DNA of 64,000 nt from an uncultured Acidimicrobiia bacterium (GTDB taxonomy: Bacteria > Actinomycetota > Acidimicrobiia > Spongiisociales > JAOTWH01). Below the pieces are notes generated by a model that was not told the origin of the DNA, did not search any database, and was given only the letters and a program-made list of their open reading frames with translations. Positions 8,997 through 18,141 of this stretch are shown in pieces. The stretch is from positions 31,116 to 95,115 of the forward strand of contig CAXMQS010000036.1 in assembly GCA_964195995.1 (NCBI GenBank), written 5' to 3'. Each line of letters begins with the position of its first letter. The first letter of the stretch is position 1. A program made the position numbers and the translations under genes.

Positions 8997-9890
8997 ATGC
9001 GCTTGGGGCTCGTCGTTGGGTTGCACGATGCTGACGATCGGGGAAGCGATCCTCCTCGGTGGGAGGAGATCAGCGCCCAGGTGCTGGCGGCCGAGCGAGC
9101 TAGCTTCGACATCGCCGTTTTCGAAGACGCCCTCACCTTCAGCGGCCGCGGCCACTGGGAGGCGATGACCCTGGTCGGTGGCTTGGCCGCCATCACCGAC
9201 ACCATCGAGTTGTCACATTCGGTGGCCAACGCCGCCATGCGGCGGGCACCAACAATCGCCTGGTCAGCAGCCACCCTCGATGAGATCTCTGGCGGCCGTT
9301 ACACCCTGGGCGTCGGCGCTGGCAATACCCCCGACGACTTCGTAGCGTTTGCCGTCCCCGTTGGTAGCAAGTTCAGCCGCTTCGAAGAGTCGCTGGCAGT
9401 TATCCATAGCCTGCTTGGCGACGGCAGGGTTGACTTCGAGGGTGAGTTCCAGAGCGCCCACAGCAAGCGTTTCGCTCCCGCCGGCTCTCGAACGGTGCCC
9501 ATAGTCGTGGCGGGCAAGGGTCCGCGAGTGCTGCGAATGGCCGCCCGCTATGGCGACGGTTGGAACTGGTGGGGCAACGCCGCCGATCCAACGACCGGTC
9601 TCGCTGAGATCCTCGATGAGGTCGGGCGAGCCTGCGACGACGTCGGCCGTGACCCTGCGACGCTTCGACGTTCGCTCGACTTGTACTCATACGACATCCT
9701 GGGGCTGATGGAGGAGGGCCCGGGCGAGTGGGTGTTCTCCGGGAGCTCCGCTGAGATGGCGGATTCGATCCTCGGCCTCGCCGAGCTCGGCATCGACGAG
9801 GTGCGGTGTGACGTCCTTACCAAGCCCGGGCTGCGGGTGGCGGCTGTAGAGGCGATGGCCCAAGTGGCTGAGCTAGTCCACGCCGGGTAA
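8997..9890 (+). CDS. LLM-class (luciferase-like) flavin/F420-dependent oxidoreductase
   Basis: MRLGLVVGLHDAD… TIM-barrel LLM motifs. ATG at 8997 is preceded by GGAAGGAGGAG. Confidence 0.75.
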   Translation: MRLGLVVGLHDADDRGSDPPRWEEISAQVLAAERASFDIAVFEDALTFSGRGHWEAMTLVGGLAAITDTIELSHSVANAAMRRAPTIAWSAATLDEISGGRYTLGVGAGNTPDDFVAFAVPVGSKFSRFEESLAVIHSLLGDGRVDFEGEFQSAHSKRFAPAGSRTVPIVVAGKGPRVLRMAARYGDGWNWWGNAADPTTGLAEILDEVGRACDDVGRDPATLRRSLDLYSYDILGLMEEGPGEWVFSGSSAEMADSILGLAELGIDEVRCDVLTKPGLRVAAVEAMAQVAELVHAG

Positions 9891-9927
9891 AGGGGCGACC
9901 AGGGGCTGGTTGAGGGGCGGTTGCTAA

Positions 9928-9943
9928 TCGAACATGTGTTCGA
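9928..9943. promoter_or_regulatory. LexA (SOS) box of the Gram-positive/actinobacterial type upstream of imuA
   Basis: tcgaacatgtgttcga is a perfect match to TCGAAC-N4-GTTCGA, located about 35 nt before the imuA start. Confidence 0.7.
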
Positions 9944-9977
9944 TTAGTGTTGGGTGCCCTTCTGGAGGGCGGAACGC

Positions 9978-10604
9978 ATGGGATCCATGCCTGCTCTGGA
10001 CGGGCTCTTGGCGCTGGAGCCCGGCCGGGTCGTCGGCTTGACCGGTTCTGTTGGAGCCGGGATGACTCGCCTTGGGCTGTCGCTCATGGCCGAGGCCTCG
10101 CGGCGCGGTCCCGTCGCCTTCGTCGATGTGCGCGGCTGGTTGTGTCCTGTCTCCGCCTGGGAGAGCAGCATCGAGCCCGACCGGCTGGCCGTGGTGCGTT
10201 GCCCCGACCCCGGTCGCTGGCCCAAGGTGGTGGCGGCGTTGCTGGAGGGAATCCCCGCCGTCTACGCCGAGGTGCCAACAGGGGTCAGCGATGCCCTGTT
10301 GCGCCGGCTGGGGGCGTTGGCCCGCAATCGGCGCAGCTCCCTGCTGCTGCGACCGCTGCGGGGATCGCTGCCGTCTGGGTTGACCCATCTGCGCTTGGAG
10401 GGAAGGGGTATCGAGTGGGAAGGAACGGGCGACGGCCATGGCCGGCTGCGGAGCCGTCGTTTGCTTGTCGAGGCGTCTGGTAAGGCAACCGGGGGGATCC
10501 CTCGACTGATCGAGATCGAGGGAGGTGAATATGGAGCGGACGCTATGCGTGTGGTTCCCGGACTGGCCGCTGCGCCTGTTGGAGTCACCACCGCCGCCGG
10601 ATGA
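9978..10604 (+). CDS. imuA: ImuA (ImuA') mutasome accessory protein, RecA/SulA-like fold
   Basis: MGSMPALDGLLALEPGRVVGLTGSVGAGMTRLGLSLMAE… with a P-loop-like motif. It precedes imuB behind an SOS box. ATG at 9978 follows GGAGGG. Confidence 0.7.
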   Translation: MGSMPALDGLLALEPGRVVGLTGSVGAGMTRLGLSLMAEASRRGPVAFVDVRGWLCPVSAWESSIEPDRLAVVRCPDPGRWPKVVAALLEGIPAVYAEVPTGVSDALLRRLGALARNRRSSLLLRPLRGSLPSGLTHLRLEGRGIEWEGTGDGHGRLRSRRLLVEASGKATGGIPRLIEIEGGEYGADAMRVVPGLAAAPVGVTTAAG

Positions 10605-11997
10605 GCCCTACCAGGCGGTAGGGAGTGACAATCGGGTGGCAGCCGTCAACCCGGCTGCTGCTGCGGCTGGCGTTGCTCTTGGCATGTCCCGGCGCGAGGC
10701 GGAAGGGGTGTGCCCGACTGTGACGACCATCGTGCGTGACCTGGGGGCAGAGGCCGTGGCCTTCGAGGAGGTGGCGCGGGCGGTTGAAGATCTGGTGCCC
10801 CGTATCGAGCTTGCTGAGCCGGGGTTGCTGTTCGTACCAGTCACTGGAGCGGTCCGCTATTACGGGGGAGAGGAACCCCTTGTGGAGCGGCTATGCAAAG
10901 AGGTGGAGGGGGTGGCCGGCCCCGGAGCTCACCTCGGTCTGGCCGCCGGCCCCTTCGCCGCCCGTATGGCGGCGGACCACGCCACCGACGCCCCCTACAT
11001 CGTGGATGACGACGCCGCTTTCGTCGAGTCTCTTGACCTGTCGACGGTCGCCCCCGACGACCTGGTGGCCACTTTCCGCTGGCTGGGCATCAGCACGCTG
11101 GGGGAGCTGGCTCGCCTGCCGCGACCGGCCGTGCTGTCCCGCTTCGGTCCCGAGGGTTTGACCGCGCACCGGCTGGCATCGGGGGAGGACAGGGCGGCGA
11201 TGACCCGCCCCATCCCCGCCGACCTGGCCGTCGAGGAGCGCTTCTCCCCTCCGCTGGAGTCGCTGGAGCAGGCGGCTTTCGCGGCTCGGGCGCTGTCGGT
11301 GCGTCTGATCGAAGAGCTGGCGCGTTACGGGGCGATGCCGCACCGGGTCGAGGTAGAGGGGGAGTCGTCAACCGGGGTGGTGCGGAACCGGGTGTGGCGG
11401 AGTGCGGACCCATTCGGGGACACCGAGCTGGCGGAGCGGGTTCGCTGGCAGCTCGGATCATGGGTGGAGGGAGAGGGCATCGTCGGGGGGTTGGTGCGGC
11501 TGCGGTTAGCGCCTGCCGACCTCTCCGACGAGGGACGCCAGCTGGCGCTGCACGAGGACGCGGTGGCCCTGGCGGAGGCACAACGCTCGTTGCTGAGAGC
11601 GCAGTCGCTGGCTGGTCCCGACGCGGTGCTGGCTTCGGAGCCCCAGGGTGGCCGCGACCCCCAAGATCAGGTGCTGTGGCGCCGCTGGGGGGAGCAGGCC
11701 TCGCCGGTCCGCGACGCCGCAGCCCCGTGGCCGGGCCGGCTCCCGGGCCCGGCCCCGGCGTTGGTACCTCCGCAGCCACCTGCTCTCGATGTGGAGTGGG
11801 AGGCGGGGACGCCAACCAGGGTGCGGTTGGGCAGTCGCTGGGAGCCCATCCTGTCATGGGCAGGGCCGTGGCGACGGATGGGCAAGTGGTGGGAAGGGGA
11901 GGGTCACTGCGACCGCTACCAGCTGGTGACATCGGCCGGTGCCTTCCTCGTCGAGGTCGCGGCCGACGGTGCCCGGCTCACCGGCGTCTACGACTGA
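10531..11997 (+). CDS. imuB: ImuB, inactive Y-family polymerase-like mutasome scaffold
   Basis: N-terminus MERTLCVWFPDWPLRLLE… is typical of ImuB. ATG at 10531 follows GGAGG. It overlaps the imuA 3' end by about 74 nt. The proline-rich C-terminal half produces many antisense ORF artefacts. Confidence 0.75.
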   Translation: MERTLCVWFPDWPLRLLESPPPPDEPYQAVGSDNRVAAVNPAAAAAGVALGMSRREAEGVCPTVTTIVRDLGAEAVAFEEVARAVEDLVPRIELAEPGLLFVPVTGAVRYYGGEEPLVERLCKEVEGVAGPGAHLGLAAGPFAARMAADHATDAPYIVDDDAAFVESLDLSTVAPDDLVATFRWLGISTLGELARLPRPAVLSRFGPEGLTAHRLASGEDRAAMTRPIPADLAVEERFSPPLESLEQAAFAARALSVRLIEELARYGAMPHRVEVEGESSTGVVRNRVWRSADPFGDTELAERVRWQLGSWVEGEGIVGGLVRLRLAPADLSDEGRQLALHEDAVALAEAQRSLLRAQSLAGPDAVLASEPQGGRDPQDQVLWRRWGEQASPVRDAAAPWPGRLPGPAPALVPPQPPALDVEWEAGTPTRVRLGSRWEPILSWAGPWRRMGKWWEGEGHCDRYQLVTSAGAFLVEVAADGARLTGVYD

Positions 11998-12725
11998 TTC
12001 ACCTCGTCGAACAGCTTGTGGACTGTGGCTTCGGCCTCGTTGCGTACCCGATCGACGTCGGCGCCGGTCAAACCAGCGACCGAAATCGGAGGAGCCACCT
12101 TTACTCGCACGGTCGCCGGGCGAACGATCTTGCTGCCCGGGGGCCATGCCCGGCGTGAGCCAGACGATGTCGCCATCGGGATGATGTCAAGCCCGTTGTC
12201 TATGGCGATCCGGAACGCCCCTTTCTTGAAAGGCTGGAGGTTGCCGTCGCGAGTCCGGGTCCCCTCGGGGTAGATGATGATCGAGTGCCCAAGCGACACC
12301 GTCCGCTCGACTTGGCTGTTGATGTCGCGGTGGGCCGAGGCGTGGGCTTGGCGGTCGACCTTGATGAAGTCGAGATGGCGCAGCAGGTAGCCGAGGATGG
12401 GGACCTTGAACAGCTCCTTCTTGGCCATGTAGCGGATGGGGTTGCGGCAGGCCAGGAAGTGAGCCGGGATGTCGATGTTCGATTGGTGGTTGGAGACGAA
12501 CACATAGCTGCGGTCTGGGTCGATGTTGTCCTGCCCCTCGACACGAAGCTTTACTCCGATAATGGCGTGAAAGAGGCGGGCCCAGAAGTGAAGCATGCCG
12601 GTGATGAGGGTGGAACGGGGATTGAAGCGAGCGATGGTTGTCGCAACGACTCCGATGTAGATGGTGTTGAAGGCCATCACGGTGATGCCGACGGTGCTGC
12701 GCACCACTGCCACGAGGGTTCCCAC
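11988..12725 (-). CDS. plsC: 1-acyl-sn-glycerol-3-phosphate acyltransferase
   Basis: HQSNID (HX4D) and IYPEGTR motifs. Convergent 10-nt overlap with imuB. Confidence 0.8.
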   Translation of the reverse strand: MGTLVAVVRSTVGITVMAFNTIYIGVVATTIARFNPRSTLITGMLHFWARLFHAIIGVKLRVEGQDNIDPDRSYVFVSNHQSNIDIPAHFLACRNPIRYMAKKELFKVPILGYLLRHLDFIKVDRQAHASAHRDINSQVERTVSLGHSIIIYPEGTRTRDGNLQPFKKGAFRIAIDNGLDIIPMATSSGSRRAWPPGSKIVRPATVRVKVAPPISVAGLTGADVDRVRNEAEATVHKLFDEVNQS

Positions 12726-12747
12726 TGCGGTAGGCTACCCGGCCGCC

Positions 12748-13929
12748 ATGCCTGATCTCTCCCAGCTCGATGCTCGCCGCATCACCCTGCACGCGATGGG
12801 CTTCACCGCGCCGCGGCCGAGTGGCAAGGTCGATATCCGTCACGTCCGCAAGACGCTGGCCCGCCTGCGGGCCATTCAGATCGACTCGGTGAATGTCCTG
12901 GTCCGAGCCCACTACATGCCTCTCTTCTCCCGCCTCGGTCCCTACCGCATGCAGCTCCTTGACGAGCTGGTCTACAAGCGCAAGGAAGCCTTCGAGTACT
13001 GGGGGCATGTCGCATCATTCGTACCCGTCGAGTTCCTGCCGATGCTGCGCTTTCGGATGGAAGCGGAGAGATCGTGGATAAGCGACCTCCTCAAGAAGCA
13101 CCCGACCTACATCGACGACCTCATCTCCGAGGTCAAGCGCCGGGGGCCGATGACCGTGTCAGATCTGGAGGATCCCGGCAACCGCAGCGGGCCCTGGTGG
13201 GGGTGGGCACCGGGAAAGACCGCGCTCGAGTACTTATTCGTCAAAGGAGTGCTTGGGGTGCAAGACCGTCGGAACTTCGCTCGTGTGTATGACTTGTTCG
13301 AGAACACGGTTCCCGCCGAGCACTTCCGAAGCCCTGCATTGCCTCAAGCCGAAGCGCATCAGGCCCTGGCCGTTGAATCGGTGGCAGCTCTGGGGATAGG
13401 CACCTACGCCGACATCGCCGACTATTTCCGGCTTCCCCCCCGGGACGGGCAGAAGGCGATCGACGCACTGGTGGCGTCGGGCGATCTGGAACAGGTGACA
13501 GTCGACGGCTGGAAGCACCCGGCGTATGTGCTGGCGGGCACTGCGGTTCCGCGGAAGCGTTCTCAGGCTGCAGCGCTGCTGACGCCGTTCGACAACCTCA
13601 TCTGGCATCGCGATCGCACCGAGCGGCTGTTCGACTTCCACTACCGCATCGAGATCTACGTCCCGGAGCCGCAGCGGATCTACGGCTACTACGTGTTGCC
13701 GTTCCTGTTGGGGGAGAAGCTGGCGGCCCGCGTCGACCTCAAGGCAGACCGGCAGTCGAGCACGCTGCTGGTCAAGGGGGCCTGGGCCGAGGATGGAGCC
13801 GACCTCGACGAGGTTGCACCCCGGCTGGCAGGCGAGTTGGCGTTGATGGCCACGTGGCTGGAGCTCGACGACATCGCTGTTGGCCGCAAGGGGAACCTCG
13901 CCAACAAGGTGCGGAAGCTGTTGCTCTAG
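12748..13929 (+). CDS. YcaQ/AlkZ-like winged-helix DNA glycosylase family protein
   Basis: LARLRAIQIDSVNVLVRAHYMPLFSRLGPY… and DFHYRIEIYVPEPQRIYGYYVLPFL are characteristic of YcaQ/AlkZ-like proteins. ATG at 12748. Confidence 0.65.
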   Translation: MPDLSQLDARRITLHAMGFTAPRPSGKVDIRHVRKTLARLRAIQIDSVNVLVRAHYMPLFSRLGPYRMQLLDELVYKRKEAFEYWGHVASFVPVEFLPMLRFRMEAERSWISDLLKKHPTYIDDLISEVKRRGPMTVSDLEDPGNRSGPWWGWAPGKTALEYLFVKGVLGVQDRRNFARVYDLFENTVPAEHFRSPALPQAEAHQALAVESVAALGIGTYADIADYFRLPPRDGQKAIDALVASGDLEQVTVDGWKHPAYVLAGTAVPRKRSQAAALLTPFDNLIWHRDRTERLFDFHYRIEIYVPEPQRIYGYYVLPFLLGEKLAARVDLKADRQSSTLLVKGAWAEDGADLDEVAPRLAGELALMATWLELDDIAVGRKGNLANKVRKLLL

Positions 13930-15143
13930 GCGCCGGGGACGAAGAAGGTTGCCGGACCCGGCACGCCGGTTGAGTGGATGCTGAGGCCAGAAACCGCGTC
14001 GACGGTGTCGACCGTGTGCACGGCGGCCGAGCCCACGTCGAAGAAGATCAGACGAGTGCCCGTCTCCTGTCCGGGATCTGCCTTCAGAAGGATCCAACGG
14101 CCATCGGAGCTCCAGCCAACGGGACGGACGAGGTCACCGCCCAGCGTCATCTCCTCGGCGTTGGAGCCGTCAACGCTGGTCAACCACAGGGTCGTCCCCC
14201 CGGGGGGAAAGGTGACTGAGGCGACCCACCTCTTGTTGGGCGACAGCACGGCTTGACTTGCTGGCTCGAGCCGGCTGCCCCGTAAGCCGAAAACGCCGTC
14301 GGGACCGGTTGGCTCGGCGGCTTCCAGGTCAGGGCCGACGATGGCCAGGCTTCCGTCTCCCAGGGTGGCAACGAGGAGCCGGCCATCGCCGAAGTCGTCG
14401 ACGTAGACGAACGGTCCCTCGGCGATGAGGTTGCCGTCGATGTCGAGTGTGGCGAGCTGTCGGCCGCTGGTAGGCGACAAGGTATCCAGGGCAAATCCCC
14501 AATCGCCGTAGGCGGCCAGAACACCCTCGAAGTCGAACCGCACGATTCGGCTGGAGTTGAATGTGCTGCCAAGCGCAATGGTGCGATCGGGGATGGAACG
14601 CCACAGCTCGCGCATCCCATCGGATTGGGGAGCCGTCACCAAGGCGAGGGCTCCGGGTTCGGTGGAGTGCCAGGCGAAGGACTCGACATCGTTGAAGACC
14701 TCGCGCACGTTGGTCGGGGGGCCGAAGTAGAGGGACGTCCCGAAGCTCGACGCGCCGATGGCCGCTATCAGAGCGCTGTCGCCGTTCCAAGAGCCGGACG
14801 CCCCATCGGGCAGCGCGCTGAGTCGGGGCGCGCTGTCGCCGCTTGACCAAGACCAGCCGACAGCTGCCCCATCCCCCGTGAGTCCGATGCCCCGCACCCT
14901 GCCCTGAAAGCCGGGCACCAGTCGCCGCAGCTCCTCCGCGGGACCTGCGACCTCGACCGTAGGAGGCAGGGTGGTCGTTGTCGTTGGGAGGTCGGCCGTG
15001 GTCGTTGGGGTGCTTGGCGACAGGGTGCCGCTGGCGAGGAACAGACCGAAGGCACCAAGGGCGGCTGCGGCTGCGGTTGCCAAGAAGAGGGCGCGGCGCG
15101 GTGGCTGGGGGTCGACATCGAGCGGCCGGACGCGGTCGGTCAT
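13926..15143 (-). CDS. membrane-anchored beta-propeller (TolB-like) protein with Thr/Pro-rich linker
   Basis: An N-terminal TM segment (ALFLATAAAAALGAFGLFLA) and a TTTADLPTTTTTLPPT linker are followed by repeated sheet-rich segments. Family assignment is tentative. Confidence 0.45.
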   Translation of the reverse strand: MTDRVRPLDVDPQPPRRALFLATAAAAALGAFGLFLASGTLSPSTPTTTADLPTTTTTLPPTVEVAGPAEELRRLVPGFQGRVRGIGLTGDGAAVGWSWSSGDSAPRLSALPDGASGSWNGDSALIAAIGASSFGTSLYFGPPTNVREVFNDVESFAWHSTEPGALALVTAPQSDGMRELWRSIPDRTIALGSTFNSSRIVRFDFEGVLAAYGDWGFALDTLSPTSGRQLATLDIDGNLIAEGPFVYVDDFGDGRLLVATLGDGSLAIVGPDLEAAEPTGPDGVFGLRGSRLEPASQAVLSPNKRWVASVTFPPGGTTLWLTSVDGSNAEEMTLGGDLVRPVGWSSDGRWILLKADPGQETGTRLIFFDVGSAAVHTVDTVDAVSGLSIHSTGVPGPATFFVPGA

Positions 15144-15210
15144 GGTCCAAAGCTACCCAGGGGTGGCGACCAGGGCGCGAGGTATCGTTGCGGCGCTCAA
15201 GGAGGTTTCA

Positions 15211-16104
15211 GTGATCGATTTCCAGGACCGCGTTGCGGTCATAACGGGCGCCGGCGGCGGTCTCGGCCGTTCCCATGCCCTGCTCATGGCGTCGCGGGGA
15301 GCTGCCGTCGTGGTGAACGACCTCGGTGGTGACGTGTCGGGCGAAGGGTCGTCGCAGACCGCGGCGCAGTCGGTCGTCAACGAGATCACTGCGGCAGGCG
15401 GCGCCGCCGCCGCCGAGTACTCGTCGGTGGCGACGCCGGAGGGCGGAGAGGCCATCGTTCAGAAGGCCATCGACGAGTTCGGCCGCATCGACATACTCAT
15501 CAACAATGCCGGCATCCTGCGCGACAAGAGCTTCGGCAAGCTGGAGTGGCCCGACTTGGATTCGGTTCTCGATGTTCACCTGCGCGGCGCCTTCTACGTC
15601 ACCAAGCCTGCCTTCGCCTACATGAAGGAGGCGGGCTACGGGCGCATCGTTATGACCTCATCTGCATCGGGGGTGCTCGGTAACTTCGGCCAGAGCAACT
15701 ACGGCGCCGCCAAGATGGGGCTCGTCGGGTTCATGAACGTGCTGAAAATCGAAGGCGCCAAGTACGACATCAAGGTGAACACGATCGCTCCAACGGCGAG
15801 CACGCGCATGACGACCGAGTTGCTAGGGCCGCTGGCCGACAAGCTGCAGCCGGAGCAGGTGTCGCCCGCCGTCGCCTACCTGGCTTCGGAGGCATGTCAG
15901 CTGACTGGTGAGATCTGGTCTGTTGGCGGTGGGGCTGTGTCGCGCATGTTCGTCGGTCTCACCGATGGATACTTCACGGCGGAGCTGCTGACCATCGAGG
16001 ATGTCGAGGCCAACCTCGAGACCATCCGTGACGATGAAGGGTTCATCGTGCCGTTCTCCATCCAGGACGAGCTGACCAAGTTGGGACCGAAGCTCGCCGG
16101 GTGA
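15211..16104 (+). CDS. SDR-family oxidoreductase (HSD17B4-like 3-hydroxyacyl-CoA dehydrogenase type)
   Basis: GTG at 15211 follows AAGGAGG. TGAGGGLGRSHAL Rossmann motif and the YGAAK catalytic motif. Confidence 0.8.
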   Translation: MIDFQDRVAVITGAGGGLGRSHALLMASRGAAVVVNDLGGDVSGEGSSQTAAQSVVNEITAAGGAAAAEYSSVATPEGGEAIVQKAIDEFGRIDILINNAGILRDKSFGKLEWPDLDSVLDVHLRGAFYVTKPAFAYMKEAGYGRIVMTSSASGVLGNFGQSNYGAAKMGLVGFMNVLKIEGAKYDIKVNTIAPTASTRMTTELLGPLADKLQPEQVSPAVAYLASEACQLTGEIWSVGGGAVSRMFVGLTDGYFTAELLTIEDVEANLETIRDDEGFIVPFSIQDELTKLGPKLAG

Positions 16105-16607
16105 CGGCCCGCACACCCGCCGAGTCCCTGCCCGAGGCGTCGCGCCGTGTGGTGGCAGCGGGAGCGGCGCTTGGGGTCTCCGTGGATGTCCACGAGTTCT
16201 CTCAGGGAACGAAGACCAGCCAGGATGCTGCCGATGCCGTTGGCTGCCCCCTCGGAGCCATCACCAAGTCGCTGGTGTTCATGGTCGACGACGTGCCGGT
16301 GGTCGCCATGCTCCCCGGCGATCGCCGATTGGATACAGCGAAGCTGGCCGCGGCCCACGGCGGCGTGGCGTCGCGGCGGGCGTCTCTCGATGAGGTCCGT
16401 GCCGCCACTGGTTTCGCCGCCGGCGGTACCCCGCCATTCGGCCATACCACCGAGATCGCCATCTACGCCGACAATGGCCTGTCGGACCACGAGGCGCGGT
16501 GGGCGGCGGCGGGAACGCCCAGCACGGTGTTTCCGATATCGGTCGAGCAACTCCTCGCAGCCACCGGAGCCAAGTGGGCCGATCTGGCGGAGTCGAGGGT
16601 CGCGTGA
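16101..16607 (+). CDS. YbaK/prolyl-tRNA synthetase-associated deacylase domain protein
   Basis: AIGCPLGAITKSLVF… GGTPPFGH motifs. GTGA overlap with the SDR stop. Confidence 0.7.
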   Translation: MTARTPAESLPEASRRVVAAGAALGVSVDVHEFSQGTKTSQDAADAVGCPLGAITKSLVFMVDDVPVVAMLPGDRRLDTAKLAAAHGGVASRRASLDEVRAATGFAAGGTPPFGHTTEIAIYADNGLSDHEARWAAAGTPSTVFPISVEQLLAATGAKWADLAESRVA

Positions 16608-16635
16608 CCCTCTGGACCCAATCGCAGCCCGCAGT

Positions 16636-16679
16636 TTGACCCCCTCCGGCCCTTCGGGCCACCTCCCACTGAACGGGGA
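16636..16679 (+). repeat. GC-rich double-hairpin repeat unit (copy B, type 2)
   Basis: gaccccctccggcccttcgggccacctcccactgaacggggagg, with hairpins ggccc-ttc-gggcc and cctccc-actgaac-ggggagg. Confidence 0.7.
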
Positions 16680-16753
16680 GGTTTGGCGGGGATTCTGCCT
16701 CTGGCGGAGTTTCCCCAATGCGATAGCGTTATGGCGTCATAGAGAGGGAGACC

Positions 16754-17143
16754 ATGACCATGCTTGATGAGGGCAAAGAGATGTTGCACGAAGTCCTGGG
16801 GAGCGTCAAAGAAGGTATGACCGTCAGCAAAGTGTTCGGCGAGCCATACGAGAAGAACGGCACCACGGTGATCCCCGTAGCGGCCGTCCGCGGCGGCGGC
16901 GGCGGTGGCGGTGGCGGTGGCACGGGTGTCGATGGTGAGGGAGAGGGCCACGGCAGCGGCGGTGGTTTCGGCCTGACCGCACGACCGGTCGGCGCCTACA
17001 TCCTCGACGGAGAGGGCGTGAAGTGGGAACCGGCCCTAGACGTTTCCCGCATCGCCATCGGCGGACAGATCATCGCAGTCATCGCACTGCTGGTGTTGCG
17101 TTCTCTGATCAAGTCCCGCGCCAAGGTGCGTCTGGCGCAATAG
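16754..17143 (+). CDS. GerW/YtfJ-family protein with a poly-Gly insertion
   Basis: VSKVFGEPYEKNGTTVIPVAAV…GFGLTARPVGAYILDGEGVKWEPALD matches the GerW fold. A 10-Gly run interrupts it. Confidence 0.6.
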   Translation: MTMLDEGKEMLHEVLGSVKEGMTVSKVFGEPYEKNGTTVIPVAAVRGGGGGGGGGGTGVDGEGEGHGSGGGFGLTARPVGAYILDGEGVKWEPALDVSRIAIGGQIIAVIALLVLRSLIKSRAKVRLAQ

Positions 17144-17145
17144 CA

Positions 17146-18141
17146 CTAGCTAGAAAGCAGCACGATGCCGGCGGGGTCAACCCGCCACTGAACGGTGGTG
17201 CCCACGTCGGCGCGTTCAGGTCCCGTCGCCAAGATGGTGGGCCCGACCAGGGGCTGCAGCCCTACCGCGAACTCGTTGCCCGTGAAGTCGCACGACACGA
17301 CCTTTGCCGAAAGCGAGCCTGTTTGGTCGATCGTCACCGAGCCCGGTCGCAGGGCTGCTGTGATCCGACCACTTGTAGATGAGGCGACTGGGCCCCATGG
17401 GGTGGCGACTCGGCCTCCCGTCTCCTCGACACTGGCGAAGGTGGTCCACCCCAGGAAACGAGCGACGAACTCGTTGGAGGGGCGCCGCCACACCTCCTCG
17501 GGAGGGCCAGCCTGGACGATGCGGCCTTCGTTCAGGATCACGACACGATCGGCGATAGCCAGCGCTTCGTCCTGATCGTGAGTGACGTAGAGGACCGCGG
17601 TGTCCAGTCCGTCGAAGATGGCGCGAAGGTCGGCGGTGAGGCTCTCACGCAGAATACGATCCAGCGAGCCAAGGGGTTCGTCCAGCATCAGTAGGCGCGG
17701 CCGGGGTGCTAACGACCGTGCCAGGGCTACTCGCTGTTGCTCGCCGCCAGACAACGTGTCGACAGCACGTCCCCCCCTGTCGCCAAGGCCGACGAGGGTG
17801 AGGGCCGCCGCCACCGACTCCTCGATGGCGTTCTCTCCGGTCATCTCGAGGCCGAAGGCAACGTTCCCGGCGACAGAGCGGTGGGGGAACAGCGCCAGGT
17901 CCTGGAACATCAATCCGAACTGGCGTTGATGAGGCGGAGTGTTCTGGAGGTCGGTTCCTCGCCAACTCACCGTGCCAGCGTTGGGTGCCAGCAATCCGGC
18001 GACAACGCGCAGCAGCGTGCTCTTGCCGCTGCCGCTCGGTCCCAATACCACGACGGTTTCGCCGACATCCACGATGACATCGACATCGGACAGGATGGTG
18101 TTCCCATCGATCGAGACAGAGATGCCGGCAGCTTCGAGCAT
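17146..18141 (-). CDS. ABC transporter ATP-binding protein (thiamine/iron-type importer)
   Basis: MLEAAGISVSIDGNTIL…[40 protein letters not shown] overlap with the permease gene. Confidence 0.8.
   Translation of the reverse strand: MLEAAGISVSIDGNTILSDVDVIVDVGETVVVLGPSGSGKSTLLRVVAGLLAPNAGTVSWRGTDLQNTPPHQRQFGLMFQDLALFPHRSVAGNVAFGLEMTGENAIEESVAAALTLVGLGDRGGRAVDTLSGGEQQRVALARSLAPRPRLLMLDEPLGSLDRILRESLTADLRAIFDGLDTAVLYVTHDQDEALAIADRVVILNEGRIVQAGPPEEVWRRPSNEFVARFLGWTTFASVEETGGRVATPWGPVASSTSGRITAALRPGSVTIDQTGSLSAKVVSCDFTGNEFAVGLQPLVGPTILATGPERADVGTTVQWRVDPAGIVLLSS

Noticed and set aside
14971-15210. Long N-terminal extension of the SDR ORF (MVVVVGRSAVVVGVLG…) overlapping the divergent beta-propeller gene
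   Set aside because: The extension is antisense to the 5' end of the minus-strand gene. A GTG with a perfect AAGGAGG at 15211 gives a standard SDR N-terminus.
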